A stretch of 11,502 nt of DNA from Zygnema circumcarinatum SAG 698-1b (taxonomy: Eukaryota > Plantae > Zygnematophyceae). Made by a program: the position numbers and the translations under genes. Position 1 is the first letter of the stretch, and each line of letters opens with the position of its first letter. The notes under the pieces were generated by a model that saw only the letters and a list, made by a program, of their open reading frames with translations, was not told where the DNA came from and did no database searches. The DNA lies in the NCBI GenBank assembly GCA_037447605.1, contig JBBHKD010000040.1, positions 1 to 11,502 on the forward strand, read 5' to 3'. Shown in pieces: positions 9,546 through 11,502 of the stretch.

Positions 9546-9882
9546 TTAGAGTATCTACAACGTCGATTTCTGTCTGGACCCTCGGGCTGTGCGCCCAGCG
9601 CTGTTTTCTGTGTGAAGCGCACAGCCCTCCGCTACGAGCATAGCCGTAAGCGCCACCATCTTGAGACCACTGCCAATTCCTTTAGTGAACAAAATAGTCC
9701 AATCTCTCAATGCCACATCTCTCCCCTCATGGTCAAAACGAGCAACAATGAAATAAACGCCCTTATTCTTAGGTCCTTTGCGATCAGTTCCTCGTGGTTC
9801 CCCATGCTGTTGATTTTGGCCATGTTCATTCAATGGCATCATCGCCATCGTGAGATCAATGCCACATCTTTCCTTTGGTTAT

Positions 9883-10011
9883 CAACCATTGGGTTCACAG
9901 GTTGCCAACCATTGCCAGATTGCAACCATTGGTCGCCAGTAGTTTCCAGCCGTTGATTGATTCATCCGCCAACCAAAGCTTTGGCCAATGTTTGGCGGTT
10001 CCAACGGTTGG
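9883..10011. repeat. Cluster of quasi-palindromic CAACNRTTG(G) motifs
   Basis: CAACCATTG at 9883, 9906 and 9923; CAGCCGTTG at 9947; CCAAAGCTTTGG at 9973; CCAATGTTTGG at 9985; CCAACGGTTGG at 10001. Confidence 0.6.
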
Positions 10012-10403
10012 ATCCATGCTATTAGACAACGACCGTCTGCGAAATCGTGGCCCTTGAAACTGCTACAACGGACGGTGGAGATTGTGTCACATGTGATCCG
10101 CCCCGTCATTCATGGACCATAAACCTCAAGCATCTCACAAAACGACAAAATCAAAACCCTGCTAGCCAAATCTTGACTAACTAACTGAACTGGGAATGGC
10201 TAAACCAAAGAAGGGCATCGGAACGGAACCAACCATCATTGATCACCCTGATACGGAAAAGTTAAGGAAACCACGAGTAATGGTTCCAGTGTCGTTGGCA
10301 CGCTGTGCCATTCCATGCTAGCAGTTCCGTGAAAATGGACACATGGATCACTGCCCACCAGAGCCCCGGATTTGGTGGAACTTCCCTTCCAATCCTTTCA
10401 CGC

Positions 10404-10547
10404 CACGTGTACGTTCGTACAGTCCACATTGTACCAGCAGCCCTCCCACTAGCCTTCTGACTTTTTCGTACAGATTGTACAGCCCAGGTCTTGTTCGTTC
10501 GTACTGTGTCGTACAACGTATGAATGTACAAACTGTACGAGTTGTAC
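10404..10547. promoter_or_regulatory. Dense GTAC cluster (10 copies) plus a G-box; candidate SBP/SPL (CuRE-type) binding array
   Basis: GTAC at 10409, 10417, 10431, 10468, 10477, 10501, 10511, 10526, 10535 and 10544; CACGTG at 10404. About 320-460 bp upstream of the ATG at 10870. Confidence 0.5.
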
Positions 10548-10660
10548 GGCACAGCCCGCTCCGCCCAACGGTAGTTTCCTCCCTTCGAGGAGGACAGAGG
10601 GAGGAGCTGAAGGGCTGGATCTGCCTCCATTTTTCTTCCTTATTTTTGAAGGCTATGGAT

Positions 10661-10682
10661 GGTTAAGGTTTAGGGTTTAAGG
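10661..10682. promoter_or_regulatory. Telo-box / degenerate TTTAGGG repeats
   Basis: GGTTAAGG-TTTAGGG-TTTAAGG, which contains AAACCCTAA on the minus strand. Confidence 0.4.
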
Positions 10683-10869
10683 ACCTTCGGAATCTGGGTG
10701 CATTGTAAGGGATTTCGGCTTCTGGGTTTTCAGATATTGGGTTTCCGCCATTGCTGCTGTTGGGGTTTGAAGGGGCCCAGGGGATTGCGTGCCTCTGGTT
10801 CTGTGGATCAGTTACAGTTTCCGTATAACTGAACAATTAGGGCATTCAAGGACAGGAAACAGGCTGGCA

Positions 10870-10966
10870 ATGGCACGTGGCGGGCCTACATTGACTCAGC
10901 TCAGTGTGAGTGTGCTGATCGCTTTGGTGCAGCTGGGAGGCGCTGCAGCTTTTATAGCCAATCAGG
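10870..10966 (+). CDS. Probable first coding exon of a secreted or membrane protein (signal peptide); the rest lies beyond the window
   Basis: Start context GCAATGGC. Translation MARGGPTLTQLSVSVLIALVQLGGAAAFIANQ(G): basic n-region, hydrophobic core, AAA|F cleavage-like site. Ends at CAGG|GTGAGT, a consensus phase-1 donor, followed by low-complexity intron-like sequence. Confidence 0.65.
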
Positions 10967-10971
10967 GTGAG

Positions 10972-11077
10972 TCTCTCTCCCTCTCCCTCTCTCTCTCTCG
11001 CTCTCACTCTCTCTCTTTCGCTCTTTCTCTCTCTTTCTCTCTCTCTCTTTCTTTCTCTCTCTCTCTCTTTCTCTTTC
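10972..11077 (+). repeat. Imperfect (CT)n microsatellite at the start of the intron
   Basis: About 105 bp of CT/CTTT repeats directly after the GTGAGT donor. Confidence 0.95.
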
Positions 11078-11502
11078 CCGATCTATTTATCCTTCCCACG
11101 TCCCACGCCTCCCCCTTTTTTTCCCGCATTTCCCTACACGCAAGCCGATTCCCCGCTCTCCCTCCTTGTTCTTTCTTTTTCTCCCAATCATTCGTTCTTC
11201 ATCCCTCTCACTTCCTTCGTGCCTCCTCCCTCCTCACTTTCCCGCTCCCTTTCCCCCTCCTCCCTCCCTCCCTCCCTCTGTCCTCCCATTCTCTCCCTCC
11301 TCACACTTTCTCCTCTCCCTTACCCTTCCCATTCTCTCCTCGCCCTCTCTCCCTCCCACTCCTCTCCTATCCCTCGTCCATCACTCCCCCCCACCCTTCT
11401 CCCTGTTCCGCCCCACCACCCAACCCTACCCCGCTCCCTTTCCTCTTCGTCTCCTCCTCCTCCTTCCTCTCCCTCTCCCTCACCCCCTACCCTTTTCTCC
11501 CT
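11078..11502 (+). repeat. Polypyrimidine (C/T-rich) low-complexity tract, likely intronic
   Basis: Almost all C/T, with CCCT/CTCC/CCCC runs to the end of the window. Confidence 0.85.

Larger units (their letters stand above)
8397..9554. mobile_element. Non-autonomous short-TIR DNA element (about 580 bp once the inner insertion is removed)
   Basis: ATACTCTAATATTTTC (8397-8412) is the exact reverse complement of GAAAATATTAGAGTAT, reconstituted from 8962-8976 plus 9554. Flanked by CTACA/CTACA (8392-8396, 9555-9559). An alternative parse is TA|CTC...GAG|TA. Confidence 0.6.

Noticed and set aside
9546-9561. Tourist/PIF-like end TTA-GAGTATCTACAAC
   Set aside because: No matching right terminus was found, and the bases are already explained by the TSD and outer TIR.
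8618-10250. hAT element bounded by TAGGGGTGTTAA (8618) or CATCGTGAGATCAATG (about 9846) and TTGATCACCCTG (about 10250)
   Set aside because: The termini match only loosely and there is no 8-bp TSD for either pairing.
8700-10550. CRISPR-like or prokaryotic defence/retron system
   Set aside because: No constant repeat with regular spacers and no cas genes. Both RTs are LTR-retrotransposon type in a eukaryotic context.
9507-10666. ORFs 9507-9956, 9555-9848, 10262-10630 and 10343-10666 as genes
   Set aside because: No recognisable motifs. They overlap repeat or motif arrays, and their lengths are compatible with chance.

Overview
Eukaryotic, repeat-dense window. Weak cues (TTTAGGG telo-box, half-tRNA primer-binding site, CT-rich intron) suggest the green lineage. 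Positions 1-8.4 kb appear to be a stack of decayed LTR retrotransposons. A Ty1/copia element on the minus strand (5' LTR, PBS, gag zinc knuckle, protease, integrase, RT) is cut off inside RT at about 581. There is also a minus-strand Ty3/gypsy-type LTR plus gag fragment, a plus-strand Ty3/gypsy pol (RT, RNase H, integrase), and two LTR-like non-coding blocks whose edges fall where neighbouring coding homology stops. At 8.4-9.55 kb, a DNA element with ~200-bp TIRs and an 8-bp TSD sits inside the right TIR of an older short-TIR element. From 9.9 to 10.87 kb is a motif-rich putative promoter (10 GTAC in 139 bp, AACGG-type repeats, telo-box). It precedes a short signal-peptide exon (10870-10966) that the ORF track misses, followed by a CT/pyrimidine-rich intron. 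There are three 10-N scaffold gaps. I see no intact novel protein system. The best leads are the nested TIR pair, the GTAC clusters upstream of a secreted-protein gene, and the predicted nesting order of the retroelements.
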